DNA of 41,990 nucleotides from a bacterium (GTDB lineage: Bacteria; Sysuimicrobiota; Sysuimicrobiia; Sysuimicrobiales; Humicultoraceae): positions 1-41,990 of the forward strand of contig JBGPLF010000002.1 of assembly GCA_041486265.1 (NCBI GenBank), given 5' to 3'. The translations under genes and the position numbers were made by a program. Numbering within the stretch: the stretch's first letter is position 1; every line of letters starts with the position of its first letter. The notes below the pieces were generated by a model. That model worked only from the letters and a program-made list of their open reading frames with translations. It had not been told where the DNA came from and did no database searches. Positions 1 to 9,416 of this stretch are shown piece by piece.

Positions 1-252
1 CAATATCCCCGTCTATCGCCTGGCTGCCGAGACCGACCGGTTCCGCCGCATGAAAGGACGGCCCGCGTTCGTGTCGATGCTGCCGTACGGGTGATTCTCC
101 CCAACATCGTGAGGTCGGCGCAGGTCTTCTCTGCGGCCGCGCCCAGCCCCATCGTTCAGGCGGCACAGGCGGCGACGTTGCGAAACGAGGATCCGGCGAC
201 GGTGACTCGCCAGTTGCGCCAGCGGATCGAAGGCGTACTCTCAATGCCGTGA
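1..252 (+). pseudogene. 3' end of an upstream gene (possibly the solute-binding component of the adjacent sugar ABC transporter) with an apparent frameshift near nt 90-100
   Basis: Frame 2 (nt 2-94) has protein-like sequence NIPVYRLAAETDRFRRMKGRPAFVSMLPYG, G/C-rich third positions and a stop at 92-94. From about nt 95 the G/C-rich third positions move to frame 1, which runs to TGA 250-252. No start codon lies in the window. Confidence 0.3.
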
Positions 253-334
253 CGGTGTGGGGGGGGCGGGCGGAGCGCCCGCCCCCACCGCTCCTATGGC
301 GAACACCGCCCGCCCGGCCGTCCCGCATGTTTCT

Positions 335-1210
335 ATGCAACGTGCTGGCGACCACGCCGCGACGACCCGTCATCTGTTCCTCCTCCCGTACCTCATCGTC
401 TTCACCTTGTTTCGCTTTGGGCCGATTGTGGTTGGATGGCTGATCAGCCTGACACGATGGAGTCTGTTCGGGTCGCCGCGGTGGATCGGCGCGGCCAACT
501 ACCGGGCGCTGTGGCACGACCCGCTGTTTTGGGTCTCGGTGAAGAACACGCTGGCGTTCACCGCGATGGCCGCACCCACACTCATCCTGGGCGGGCTGGC
601 GCTCGCGGTGTTGCTCGATCAGCCGCTTCGAGGCCGGCATCTGGCGCGCGTGCTCATCTTCGCCCCGTATGCGGTGATGTCGGCGGTCGTCGGCGTGCTC
701 TGGAACTGGCTGTACGACACGAACTTCGGCATCGTCAACTACTACCTGGGACTGGTGGGCCTTCCGTCCATCGCCTGGCTGACCAACGAGCATGTGGCGC
801 TTGCGGCGATTGCGCTCACGACGGTTTGGTGGACAGTCGGCTATAACATGGTCATCTACCTGGCAGGGCTACAGGAGGTCCCGACGGAGCTGCAAGAGGC
901 GGGGATTATCGACGGTGCGACGTTCTGGCAGCGCTTCCGCTACATCACCTTGCCTCTGCTGGCGCCGACCACCTATGCGGTCGTGATCCTCACGATGATC
1001 AATACCGGTCAGGTGTTTGATCAGATCTACGTCATGACCGCCGGCGGGCCGGGCACCGCGACGCTCACGCTCGTGCAGTACATGTATTATCAGGCCTTTC
1101 AAACGTACAACCTCGGCTATGGGGCGGCCGTGGCGTACGCGACCTTCGTGGCACTGCTGTTGATCACGCTCGGTGTGCAGCGGCTCTTCCGCCCGGAGGC
1201 CGCCGTATGA
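335..1210 (+). CDS. Carbohydrate ABC transporter permease (MalF/UgpA type)
   Basis: ORF 257..1210 trimmed to ATG 335. Multi-TM protein with an EAA-loop-like segment EAGIIDGATFWQRFRYITLPLLAP. ATGA overlap with the next permease at 1207-1210. Confidence 0.85.
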   Translation: MQRAGDHAATTRHLFLLPYLIVFTLFRFGPIVVGWLISLTRWSLFGSPRWIGAANYRALWHDPLFWVSVKNTLAFTAMAAPTLILGGLALAVLLDQPLRGRHLARVLIFAPYAVMSAVVGVLWNWLYDTNFGIVNYYLGLVGLPSIAWLTNEHVALAAIALTTVWWTVGYNMVIYLAGLQEVPTELQEAGIIDGATFWQRFRYITLPLLAPTTYAVVILTMINTGQVFDQIYVMTAGGPGTATLTLVQYMYYQAFQTYNLGYGAAVAYATFVALLLITLGVQRLFRPEAAV

Positions 1211-2046
1211 CGCGCACGCTGGTTCGCGCCGTGCTGTACCTGGCCATCATTGGCGCCGTGATGGCGGCCATCCTGCCGCTCATCTGGATGGCGTCCACCT
1301 CGCTGAAGCCCGAGGGGCAGATCCTCAGCTATCCACCCCGCTGGCTCCCGGCGAAGCCCACGACTGAGAACTACGCGTCCGTGCTGCGCCGTTTCAAGTT
1401 CGGACGCTGGACGCTGAACAGCATCATCGTCGCCGTCGCCGGGACGGGCCTGGTCGTGGTGGTCGACGCCCTGGCGGGGTATGCCCTGGCCCGCCTCCGT
1501 TCCCGCGGCAGCGACCTGCTGTTCGCGCTCATCATCTCCATGCTCCTGGTGCCAATCCAGGTGACGGTGATCCCCCTGTTCCTCTTGTTTGCGGAGTTCC
1601 ACCTCCTCGACAGCTTCACGGCCCTCATCCTCCCTGTGACGTCGAACATCACAGGAGTGCTGCTGATGCGCCAGTTCTTCATGGGCTTCCCGCCGGAACT
1701 CGAAGAGGCCGCGCGCATCGACGGCGCGGCGGAGGCGCGCATCTGGTGGTCGGTCGTCATGCCGGTCTCCGGACCGGCGCTGGCGGCCGTTGCCGCCTTG
1801 ACCTTCGTCTCGTCCTGGAACAGTCTGCTGTGGCCCCTCATCGCCATCAACTCGGACCGCGTGCGGACGCTCCCGGTCGGGATCGCGCAGTACATGGGCT
1901 CCCATGCCGGGGCCAGCGGCTCGGCTCCCGCCTACGGTCCGGCGCTGGCTTCTGCCACGATGGCGACGCTGCCAGCGCTACTGGTCTTCTTCCTCCTGCA
2001 GCGCTATTTCGTCCGGGGAATTTCGACCACTGGGCTAAAAGGGTGA
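1207..2046 (+). CDS. Carbohydrate ABC transporter permease (MalG/UgpE type)
   Basis: 279-aa multi-TM ORF with EAA loop EEAARIDGAAEARIWWSVVMPVSGPAL. Translationally coupled on both sides. Confidence 0.9.
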   Translation: MTRTLVRAVLYLAIIGAVMAAILPLIWMASTSLKPEGQILSYPPRWLPAKPTTENYASVLRRFKFGRWTLNSIIVAVAGTGLVVVVDALAGYALARLRSRGSDLLFALIISMLLVPIQVTVIPLFLLFAEFHLLDSFTALILPVTSNITGVLLMRQFFMGFPPELEEAARIDGAAEARIWWSVVMPVSGPALAAVAALTFVSSWNSLLWPLIAINSDRVRTLPVGIAQYMGSHAGASGSAPAYGPALASATMATLPALLVFFLLQRYFVRGISTTGLKG

Positions 2047-3029
2047 TGGTGCGCACCGTCGCGCAGTACGCCGCAACGAATCCGCTGCCGACCGCATTCT
2101 GCCACGGCCCGACGCTCCTGCCGCGTCCGGGAGGCGATGTGCTCGGAGCCTGGTTTGGAGGTACCGAAGAAGGGCTGCCCGACTCCGCGATCTACGTGGC
2201 CCGTCTCCGGACCGGCGCTGCAGCCTGGGATCCGCCCCGGCTGGTCGCGCCGCCCGGCGGCCATCCCTGTGGGAATCCGGTGTTGTTCGCAGGCGCTCCG
2301 GGCGTCCTCTGGCTGGCGTACTTCCGGGTCTGGGGGGAGTGGTGTACCGGGGGCCGGCCCTGCGCGCGGATTTCACTCGACGGCGGCGAGACGTGGGGAC
2401 CTGAATTGTGGCTGCTGCAGCGCGAGGGCGTGCTCACCAAGAACAAGCCGCTGCGCCTCGGCGACGAACTGATGCTCCCGGTGTACGACGAGATTCGCTG
2501 GCGGGTGGGGTTCGCCCGGCTGGATCTCACGCGCCACGATCTTGCCCGGCCTGAGGCGAAGTGGCGCTTCGACGACCTGGCCATCGGCGCGGGCAGCGGC
2601 GTGCCGATGATCCAGGGCACAGTGGCTGAGGTCACGCCGGGGCATCTTCTGATGCTGATGCGCACCATGGCCGGGCGGATCTGGCAGGTGGAGAGTCAAG
2701 ACGGCGGCACGACCTGGCAGGGACTCAGGGCGACGGCGCTGCGCAATCCGAACGCCGGGATCGATATGGTCCGGCTGCGCGACGGCCGCCTCTGGCTGTG
2801 CTACAACGATACCGACCGGGGCCGCGATCCGATTGAGTTCGACTTGCGCTATCCGCTGTGCCTGTCCGAGAGCATGGACGCGGGCGCGTCGTGGCATGAC
2901 ATCCTGACCCTGGACCGCGAGCCGGGCGAGTACTCGTATCCCGCGGTGGTGACCGACGAGGCTGGCCAGGTGCACATCGCGTACACCCGCCTGCGCCGGG
3001 AGATTCGCCACGTGGTCCTGGAGCCCTAA
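2046..3029 (+). CDS. BNR/Asp-box repeat sialidase-like beta-propeller protein, no signal peptide
   Basis: ORF 1746..3029 trimmed to ATG 2046, which shares one nt with the permease stop TGA 2044-2046. Three Asp-box motifs (SLDGGETWG, SQDGGTTWQ, SMDAGASWH). Confidence 0.75.
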   Translation: MVRTVAQYAATNPLPTAFCHGPTLLPRPGGDVLGAWFGGTEEGLPDSAIYVARLRTGAAAWDPPRLVAPPGGHPCGNPVLFAGAPGVLWLAYFRVWGEWCTGGRPCARISLDGGETWGPELWLLQREGVLTKNKPLRLGDELMLPVYDEIRWRVGFARLDLTRHDLARPEAKWRFDDLAIGAGSGVPMIQGTVAEVTPGHLLMLMRTMAGRIWQVESQDGGTTWQGLRATALRNPNAGIDMVRLRDGRLWLCYNDTDRGRDPIEFDLRYPLCLSESMDAGASWHDILTLDREPGEYSYPAVVTDEAGQVHIAYTRLRREIRHVVLEP

Positions 3030-3130
3030 TCCCGTCCCTCTCCAATTGCACCGGTATCTGAGGGAGCCGGACCCGTCTAGGCCTCCTGTGTCCTGGGCAG
3101 ACCCTGGGTACGGGGAGGTGACCTCTATAC

Positions 3131-3769
3131 ATGCGGACAATTCAGGCGCTCTTCTGCGCGTACGTTGCTGCAGCCCTGATATTGCTGGTGGTCCTGCTCC
3201 CACCCACGCGCGGCGTGTCGGCGAGCTTCGCCAACACGTGCCCGAACACCGGCCCGGTTGGCCAGTGCGTGCAGATCCTCTCGGACCAGAATTGGAAACC
3301 CTGGAGCAGCGGCGTCCCGACCCTGGCGCTGGTCACCCGGGCTGCTTCCGGCCCGCCGTGGGGATCCGTGATTCCCGGAACGAGGGCACTGTGGGTCTAC
3401 GCAGGCGACTTCAACACCGGACCGGTTCGTGATCCCAACCGCTGGACGGTCCTCCGTTTCGAGCGGCAGCTCGGGCCGGGCACACCCCGCTACAACGTGG
3501 AGCGCGCGATCATCCGGATCACAGCCGATAACGGCTACGTGTTGCGCGTGAACGGCTTCAACATCGGCGCGACGTTCGACGAGGTCTACCGGCGCTTTCT
3601 CCCGACGGCCGACTGGCGGCAGTACCAAACCTACGATGTCACCAATGCCATAGTCGGTCAGAGCTCTAACGTTATCACAGTGGACGTGTACGATTACGGT
3701 GTCGCCGCCGGATTCCTGCTCGATGGCGAGATCTGGTGCCAGAGCGGGAAGACGTGTTCCACTTACTGA
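3131..3769 (+). CDS. Secreted or membrane-anchored protein with jelly-roll (galactose-binding-like) domain
   Basis: N-terminal hydrophobic segment AYVAAALILLVVLLPP. The segment ITADNGYVLRVNGFNIGATFD...YQTYDVTNAIV...NVITVDVYD resembles rhamnosidase-N/CBM-like beta-sandwiches. Confidence 0.5.
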   Translation: MRTIQALFCAYVAAALILLVVLLPPTRGVSASFANTCPNTGPVGQCVQILSDQNWKPWSSGVPTLALVTRAASGPPWGSVIPGTRALWVYAGDFNTGPVRDPNRWTVLRFERQLGPGTPRYNVERAIIRITADNGYVLRVNGFNIGATFDEVYRRFLPTADWRQYQTYDVTNAIVGQSSNVITVDVYDYGVAAGFLLDGEIWCQSGKTCSTY

Positions 3770-3948
3770 CTTCAACTACCCAAGAGCGCTGGGTGGAGCG
3801 TTCGCGCACTTAAAGGTACCGGGGCACGAGCCTCGTCTCGCAGACTTCGGACCCCGACCGCTCCACCCGCCATGCGTAGACCGGTCAGGAAGCCCAACCC
3901 GTTCCGACGCGGCCGCAGCCCCGTCCAACCAGCGCGGCTAGGCTGTCT

Positions 3949-4743
3949 TCACAGAGGTGGAGTGAACCGCCCGTCCACCGCGGTCCACCCGCCGTCGATG
4001 AACAGCACTGCGCCGGTGACGAAGCTACTGGCGTCCGACGCCAGGAAGACCACCGGTCCCGCCATCTCATCGGCCGAGGCCCACCGGCCCAGCGCCGACT
4101 TCGCGGCGTAGGCCGCATACCATTCAGGACGGTCTTTGATCGGGCGCGTGAGGGGCGTGTCCACGACACCGGGGGCGATCGCGTTGACGCGCACCCCCTG
4201 CGGTCCCAACTCCGCCGCCAGGGCCCGCGCCATCTGCACGAGCCCGGCCTTCGTGGCCGCGTAGATCCCCTGGCCCGGTTCCACGACCTGTGACCGGATG
4301 GACGAGAATACGATGATGCTGCCGCGACCCTGCCGGGCCATGACCGCCCCGGCGGCCCGCAGCAGCCGGAACGAGCCCTTGAGGTTCAGGCCGATGACGC
4401 GATCGAACTCCTCATCCGTGTAGGACAAGACGGGCTTGCGCACGTTGACGCTCGGGGTTGTGACCAGGACGTCGAGCGTGCGACGCTCCGCAACGACGGT
4501 TCGGATGAGATCGTTCACGCTGGCGGGATCAGTGATGTCCACCCGCGACGCCTCGGCGCTGCGCCCTGCGCGTGTGATCGTCTCCGCGGTGGCACGGGCG
4601 TTGTCAAGGTTGACGTCGGCGCACACGGTATGCGCGCCGTGGGCCGCCAGGCCCGCAGCCGCCGCTGCCCCGATCCCCGAGCCTGCGCCAACCACCACGG
4701 CGACGCGCCCGTCAAGCCGGAACATCCGCTCATGGTTTACCAC
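3949..4743 (-). CDS. Short-chain dehydrogenase/reductase (SDR) family oxidoreductase
   Basis: Cofactor motif VVGAGSGIGAA and catalytic YAATKAG (YxxxK). 264 aa. Confidence 0.9.
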   Translation of the reverse strand: MVNHERMFRLDGRVAVVVGAGSGIGAAAAAGLAAHGAHTVCADVNLDNARATAETITRAGRSAEASRVDITDPASVNDLIRTVVAERRTLDVLVTTPSVNVRKPVLSYTDEEFDRVIGLNLKGSFRLLRAAGAVMARQGRGSIIVFSSIRSQVVEPGQGIYAATKAGLVQMARALAAELGPQGVRVNAIAPGVVDTPLTRPIKDRPEWYAAYAAKSALGRWASADEMAGPVVFLASDASSFVTGAVLFIDGGWTAVDGRFTPPL

Positions 4744-4788
4744 GATGATGCCTCCTCGCCGATCGTTCGTTTCTCATTGTGACGCCAT

Positions 4789-6021
4789 TCATTCACCGAG
4801 GAAGTAAACGATCGCCGCCGCGTACAGGCGCGCGGACTCCACCAGTGCCGCTACCTCCACGTATTCGTCCACCTGGTGGGGGATCTCCCGGTTGCCCGGA
4901 CCGATGGTCACGATGGGAATCCCGGCCCACGCGTGCAGGAACGTTCCGTCGGTCGAACCCGGCACGCCGCCGTAGCGCGGGGCGCGTCCAAGCGCCGTTT
5001 CACAGCCGCGCTCCACGGCGCGAACGAGGGGATCTGCGGGCGGCGTCTCTGTCCACGGCCGGTCTTCGACCAGTTCAATCGAGATGTCGGCGCGCGGGTC
5101 GGCGGCACGCACGCCTTCAGCGACGCGCTCAATGGCCTGCCGGATCGCCGCGTGCTCCTGACCCGGGATTGTGCGCACGTCAACCGTCACCTGAACGTCG
5201 CCCGCGATCACGTTGAACTGCGGCTCTCCGTGGACAGGCGCGCGGACGGTGGTGGGCGTGATATGGGGCAGGCCCAAAAGCCGGTGGCGTCCGTGCTGCT
5301 GCTGCTGCCGGGCTTCTTCTTCTGCCAGGCCGGTCACGAATTGCGCGGCCCACGGGATCGGGTTGACGCCGGCATAGGGCATCGCGCCGTGCGCCATCTT
5401 GCCTCTGAACGTCGCCAGCACCCGTATTGCGCCCTTCTGGTACAGGCAGATCTCGTTCTCCTCGGGCTCGCAGACGATCGCCGCGTCGAAGCCCTGCGCG
5501 CCCCCCTGGCGAATGAAAGCCTTGATCCCGAGCATCATGGCCTCTTCGTCGACGACCGCGGCGATCCGGATGCGGCCGGGCAGGTCGGGCGCCGCGCGGC
5601 GGACCGCATCCAGGGCGATGATCGCCGCCGCCAGTCCACCCTTCATGTCTGCGGAGCCGCGGCCATAAATGCGGCCGTTCGCCATGACCGCATCGAAGGG
5701 CGGATACGACCACTCGCCGGGGTCGCCCTCGGTGACGACATCGGTGTGCCCTTCGAGGATCAGGCCGCGGCCTCCGCGGCCGCTGTTCCAGTCGGCGACC
5801 ACGTTTGGACGCCGGTCGGCTGCATCATGTGTGGACACGTCGAGCCCTAGGTCGCCGAGATACGCGGCCAGGAACGCCGCCACCCGGTTCTCGTTGCCGT
5901 CAGGATATCCAGGCCGATAGACGCTTGGGATGCTGACGAGATCGCGCGTCAGGCGGACGAGCGCGTCTGCGTCCACGGCGTCGGCCGCCCGTCGGGCCAG
6001 GGGATCGAGCGCGTTCGGCAT
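4789..6021 (-). CDS. M20 family metallopeptidase (ArgE/DapE/acetylornithine deacetylase-like)
   Basis: ORF 4789..6183 trimmed to the Met of MPNALDPLARR at 6021 (ATGA overlap with the upstream permease stop). Motifs LILEGHTDVV and GRGSADMKGG. Confidence 0.85.
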   Translation of the reverse strand: MPNALDPLARRAADAVDADALVRLTRDLVSIPSVYRPGYPDGNENRVAAFLAAYLGDLGLDVSTHDAADRRPNVVADWNSGRGGRGLILEGHTDVVTEGDPGEWSYPPFDAVMANGRIYGRGSADMKGGLAAAIIALDAVRRAAPDLPGRIRIAAVVDEEAMMLGIKAFIRQGGAQGFDAAIVCEPEENEICLYQKGAIRVLATFRGKMAHGAMPYAGVNPIPWAAQFVTGLAEEEARQQQQHGRHRLLGLPHITPTTVRAPVHGEPQFNVIAGDVQVTVDVRTIPGQEHAAIRQAIERVAEGVRAADPRADISIELVEDRPWTETPPADPLVRAVERGCETALGRAPRYGGVPGSTDGTFLHAWAGIPIVTIGPGNREIPHQVDEYVEVAALVESARLYAAAIVYFLGE

Positions 6022-6908
6022 CACGTGGCGCCGTGCCGCAGCCGCGGATCGAGCAAATCGCGCAGGCCGTCTCCCAGCAGGTTCCAGCCCAGCACCGCGG
6101 CCGCGATCGCCACGCCCGGCCAGATCGCCATCCACGGTCCCACGAAGAGCACGTCGCGGGCTTCCTGCAGCATGCCACCCCAACTCGGCGTCGGCGGCTG
6201 CGTGCCCAACCCGAGGTAACTCAGCGACGCCTCGGCCAGCACCGCACCGGAGAACGCGACGGTGCTCTGAATGAGCAACGGCCCCGCGATATTGGGCAGG
6301 ATGTGTGAGAGGACGATCGATGTGTCTTTCGCGCCGAGCGCCCTGGCCGCCAGCACGAACTCCTGCCCGCGGACCGCCAGCGTCTGCGCGCGGGCCAGGC
6401 GCGCGAAGACCGGGATCAGAACCACCCCGATCGCGGCCATGGTCTGGATATGACCCGGCCCGAGCGCCGCGACCACCATGATCGCCAGCAGGAGCGCGGG
6501 AAAGGCCATCAGGCCGTCCACGACGCGCATGAGGAGCGCATCGAGCCGCCCCGCCCGGTAGCCCGACATGAGACCGATCGTCACACCGCCGCCCGCGCCG
6601 ATGACCACGGCCACCAACCCGACCGCCACCGCGATCCGCCCCCCATAGAGGATGCGGGTGAGGACATCACGGCCCAGGCGATCGGTGCCCAGCAGATGCC
6701 CGGGGCCGGGCGGGGTAAGGCGGTGCGCAGGATCAATCGCCGCCGGGTCATAGGACGTGAGCACCGGTGCCAGGATAGAGAACCCCGCGATGAGGCAGAC
6801 CAGCGTGCCCCCGATGATCAGCGGCAGATTCGCCCGCCGCCGCCGCGGGGGCACCACCACGGGCGCCGCCGGCATGGCCCGCCAGGGATGCTGTTCAGTC
6901 AGCGCCAT
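6021..6908 (-). CDS. Peptide/nickel ABC transporter permease (DppC/OppC type)
   Basis: 295-aa multi-TM ORF with typical DppC-like N-terminus and conserved loop. In an operon with a DppB-like permease and a family-5 SBP. Confidence 0.9.
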   Translation of the reverse strand: MALTEQHPWRAMPAAPVVVPPRRRRANLPLIIGGTLVCLIAGFSILAPVLTSYDPAAIDPAHRLTPPGPGHLLGTDRLGRDVLTRILYGGRIAVAVGLVAVVIGAGGGVTIGLMSGYRAGRLDALLMRVVDGLMAFPALLLAIMVVAALGPGHIQTMAAIGVVLIPVFARLARAQTLAVRGQEFVLAARALGAKDTSIVLSHILPNIAGPLLIQSTVAFSGAVLAEASLSYLGLGTQPPTPSWGGMLQEARDVLFVGPWMAIWPGVAIAAAVLGWNLLGDGLRDLLDPRLRHGAT

Positions 6909-6921
6909 GACGTGAAGTTCA

Positions 6922-7863
6922 TCAGTCGTAGGTGATGCGCGGATCCACGCGCGCGTACAGCAGATCGACGGACAGGTTGAGCAACGCGAACATCACCGCG
7001 ATCACGACCACGGCGCCCTGCACGACGACGAGGTCGCGGGAGTAGATGCCCTGCAGGAGCAGACGCCCCAACCCGGGCAGGCCAAAGACCTGCTCGATGA
7101 TGATCGTGCCGCCCAGCAGGTAGCCCAACTGCAGGCTGGCCACGGTGAGCACCGGGACCAGCGCATTACGCAGCACGTGGCGGCGCAGGACGAAGGCGCC
7201 GGCCAGCCCTTTGCCGCGGGCGGTGCGCACGTAATCACGGTTTAGTTCGTCCAGTACGGACGCGCGCACCAGCCGGACCAACGCCGCCGTCCGCTCGGCG
7301 CCCAGCGCCACCGCCGGCAGCACGAGATGGCGGCCCCACTCGAGCGGGTTGCTGGCAAGCGCAACGTAGCCCTGCAGCGGAAAGATCGGGAGCGCCGCCG
7401 CGAACCCCAGCAGCAGCAAGATACCCATCCAGAAGGTCGGCACCGCCAGGCCGAGTTGCGATCCGGCGAGTACCGTCAGGTCCACCGGTGACCACGCCTG
7501 GCGCGCCGCGATGACGCCGAGCGGCAGCGAGATCACGATCGCAATGAGCATCGCGCTGAAGGCGACCGAGATCGTAACCGGCAGGCGTTGGGCAATCAAG
7601 TGGGCAACAGGCTCGTGGTAACTGATCGACGTTCCTAAGTTGCCCCGCACAAGGTTGCCCAGCCACTCCGCGTACCGGACGATCACCGGCCGGTCCAGGC
7701 CGAACTCCTGCCGCAGGCGGGCCACGTCCTCCGGCCGGGCGTCCGTGCCCAGCATGATCTGCGCAATATCCCCCGGGATGACCTGCAGGGCGATAAATGT
7801 GACGGTGGCGACCACGAGGACCGTGGGCGCCACCGCGAGCAGCCGCCTGATGACGAGCGGCAT
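6922..7863 (-). CDS. Peptide/nickel ABC transporter permease (DppB/OppB type)
   Basis: ORF 6922..8220 trimmed to MPLVIRRLLAVAPT (ATG at 7863, 2 nt after the SBP stop at 7866-7868). Typical DppB N-terminus (IRRLL...TFIALQVIPGD). Confidence 0.9.
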   Translation of the reverse strand: MPLVIRRLLAVAPTVLVVATVTFIALQVIPGDIAQIMLGTDARPEDVARLRQEFGLDRPVIVRYAEWLGNLVRGNLGTSISYHEPVAHLIAQRLPVTISVAFSAMLIAIVISLPLGVIAARQAWSPVDLTVLAGSQLGLAVPTFWMGILLLLGFAAALPIFPLQGYVALASNPLEWGRHLVLPAVALGAERTAALVRLVRASVLDELNRDYVRTARGKGLAGAFVLRRHVLRNALVPVLTVASLQLGYLLGGTIIIEQVFGLPGLGRLLLQGIYSRDLVVVQGAVVVIAVMFALLNLSVDLLYARVDPRITYD

Positions 7864-7865
7864 GG

Positions 7866-9416
7866 TTACTTCGTTGTGCTGCGGAAGTCGTACGTGTCGA
7901 TCGCGTAGAGTTGGCGGAATCCCCTGACAGTGCTCAGGGTGGCCGCGTAGTTCACCGGCGTCCCCAGCGGGATCAGCATCGCATCCTGCGTCATGATCTT
8001 GAGCGCCTCGGCATAGATCCGCTTGCGATGCTCCAGATTCGTCGTGATGCGCCCGGCCAGGATCAGGTCCTCGACCTTCTGGTTCTGATACTTGACGTAG
8101 TTTCTGGCCGGATCGCCAAAACCGAACAGCCGGCCGTCGGGATCGAGCTTGCCCGTGTGGCCAATGATCGTGAGATCGTATTCGCCGCCGCCGTAGACGC
8201 GCGAGAGCCAGAAGCCCCACTCCACGACGCGCGGCTTCGCGGTGACGCCGGCTTTCGCCAGCATCGCCTGGACAAGCTGCCCCGCCTCGATGTGGACCGG
8301 GTAGGGCTGGGGGAGCGCCAGGTCGAGCGTCAATCCCGATCCATACCCGGCCTCGGCCAGCAGCTTGCGCGCCTGGTCGGGATTGTACGGATACGGATCC
8401 GGGATCTCGACGTAGTAGGGGCTCGTGATGTCCATGAACTCATTCGCCACGATCGACTCGTCGCCGTACGCCGTCCTCAGGACCTGCTTCCGGTCGATCG
8501 CATACCACAGCGCGCGGCGGACGCGTACGTCGCGCAGCGCCGGCCGGCTGCTGTTGATCGCCACCACGTTGATCAGGCTGCTGACGGAGCGGATGATCTT
8601 CACGTTCGGGTTGGCGCGCAGGCGTGGGAGATCAAGGGTGGTGACGGCATCGACGGCGTCGAACTCGCCGGAGAGCAGGCCAGCGATCTTCACCGCGGAC
8701 TCGGGGACGAATCGGATCAGAACCTCGCGCAGCTTCGGCTCGCCGCGCCGCCAGTAGCCGTCAAAGCGCTGCAGCCGGATGAATGAGTCACGCTGCCACT
8801 CCGCCACCGTAAACGGCCCGGTCCCGACCGGCTTCGTGGCAAAGTCCTGCTTCTTCGCGATCAGGTCGGCGGGCAGGATGGCGCCCCAGCCCTGCGCCAG
8901 CGTCGCCAGAAACGGCGCGAACCGCTCGCCGAGCGCGATGCGGACCGTGAGCGGATCGACGACATCAACCGAGCGGATCGACCCGAAGTCACCCCGCTTG
9001 GGCGAGCGCGTCGCCGGGTCGAGGATCCGCTCCAGCGTGGCCTTGACGTCGCCGGCGTCCAGCGTCTTGCCGTGATGGAACTTCACCCCGGATCGCAGCT
9101 TGAAGGTCCACGTCAGGCCGTCGGGCGAGACGGTCCACGACTCGGCCAGCGCCGGCATCAACTTGCCCTCGTCGTCGACCTCGACCAGGGTGTCGTAGAG
9201 ACTCTTGTTCACCTGGAACGCCAGCGTCGCAGAGGTCGCCTGCGGGTCCAGCGTGTCCGGGCCACCCGACAGCGCGAAGACGAAACGGTCCCGCGGGGAT
9301 TGCGCGCCGGCCGGCACGCCCGGCGCGCCCGCGATCAGCGCGGCCGAGACCAGAAACAGCAGAATGCGCTGCCACTTCCACCCGAGCGTCAGGGCGCGCG
9401 GAGTCCGACCCTTCAT
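7866..9416 (-). CDS. ABC transporter substrate-binding protein, family 5 (peptide/nickel type)
   Basis: ORF trimmed to MKGRTPRALTLGWKWQRILLFLVSAALIAGAPG (signal-peptide-like). Family-5 SBP architecture. ATGA overlap with the upstream TIM-barrel gene stop at 9413-9416. Confidence 0.9.
   Translation of the reverse strand: MKGRTPRALTLGWKWQRILLFLVSAALIAGAPGVPAGAQSPRDRFVFALSGGPDTLDPQATSATLAFQVNKSLYDTLVEVDDEGKLMPALAESWTVSPDGLTWTFKLRSGVKFHHGKTLDAGDVKATLERILDPATRSPKRGDFGSIRSVDVVDPLTVRIALGERFAPFLATLAQGWGAILPADLIAKKQDFATKPVGTGPFTVAEWQRDSFIRLQRFDGYWRRGEPKLREVLIRFVPESAVKIAGLLSGEFDAVDAVTTLDLPRLRANPNVKIIRSVSSLINVVAINSSRPALRDVRVRRALWYAIDRKQVLRTAYGDESIVANEFMDITSPYYVEIPDPYPYNPDQARKLLAEAGYGSGLTLDLALPQPYPVHIEAGQLVQAMLAKAGVTAKPRVVEWGFWLSRVYGGGEYDLTIIGHTGKLDPDGRLFGFGDPARNYVKYQNQKVEDLILAGRITTNLEHRKRIYAEALKIMTQDAMLIPLGTPVNYAATLSTVRGFRQLYAIDTYDFRSTTK

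Noticed and set aside
1746-2045. N-terminal 100-aa extension of the BNR protein ORF (track start 1746)
   Set aside because: It lies entirely inside the second permease gene in another frame. A coupled ATG at 2046 gives a sensible N-terminus.
6022-6183. 54-aa N-terminal extension of the M20 peptidase ORF
   Set aside because: It overlaps the DppC-like permease gene. The Met at 6021 forms an ATGA coupling and starts at a typical M20 N-terminus.
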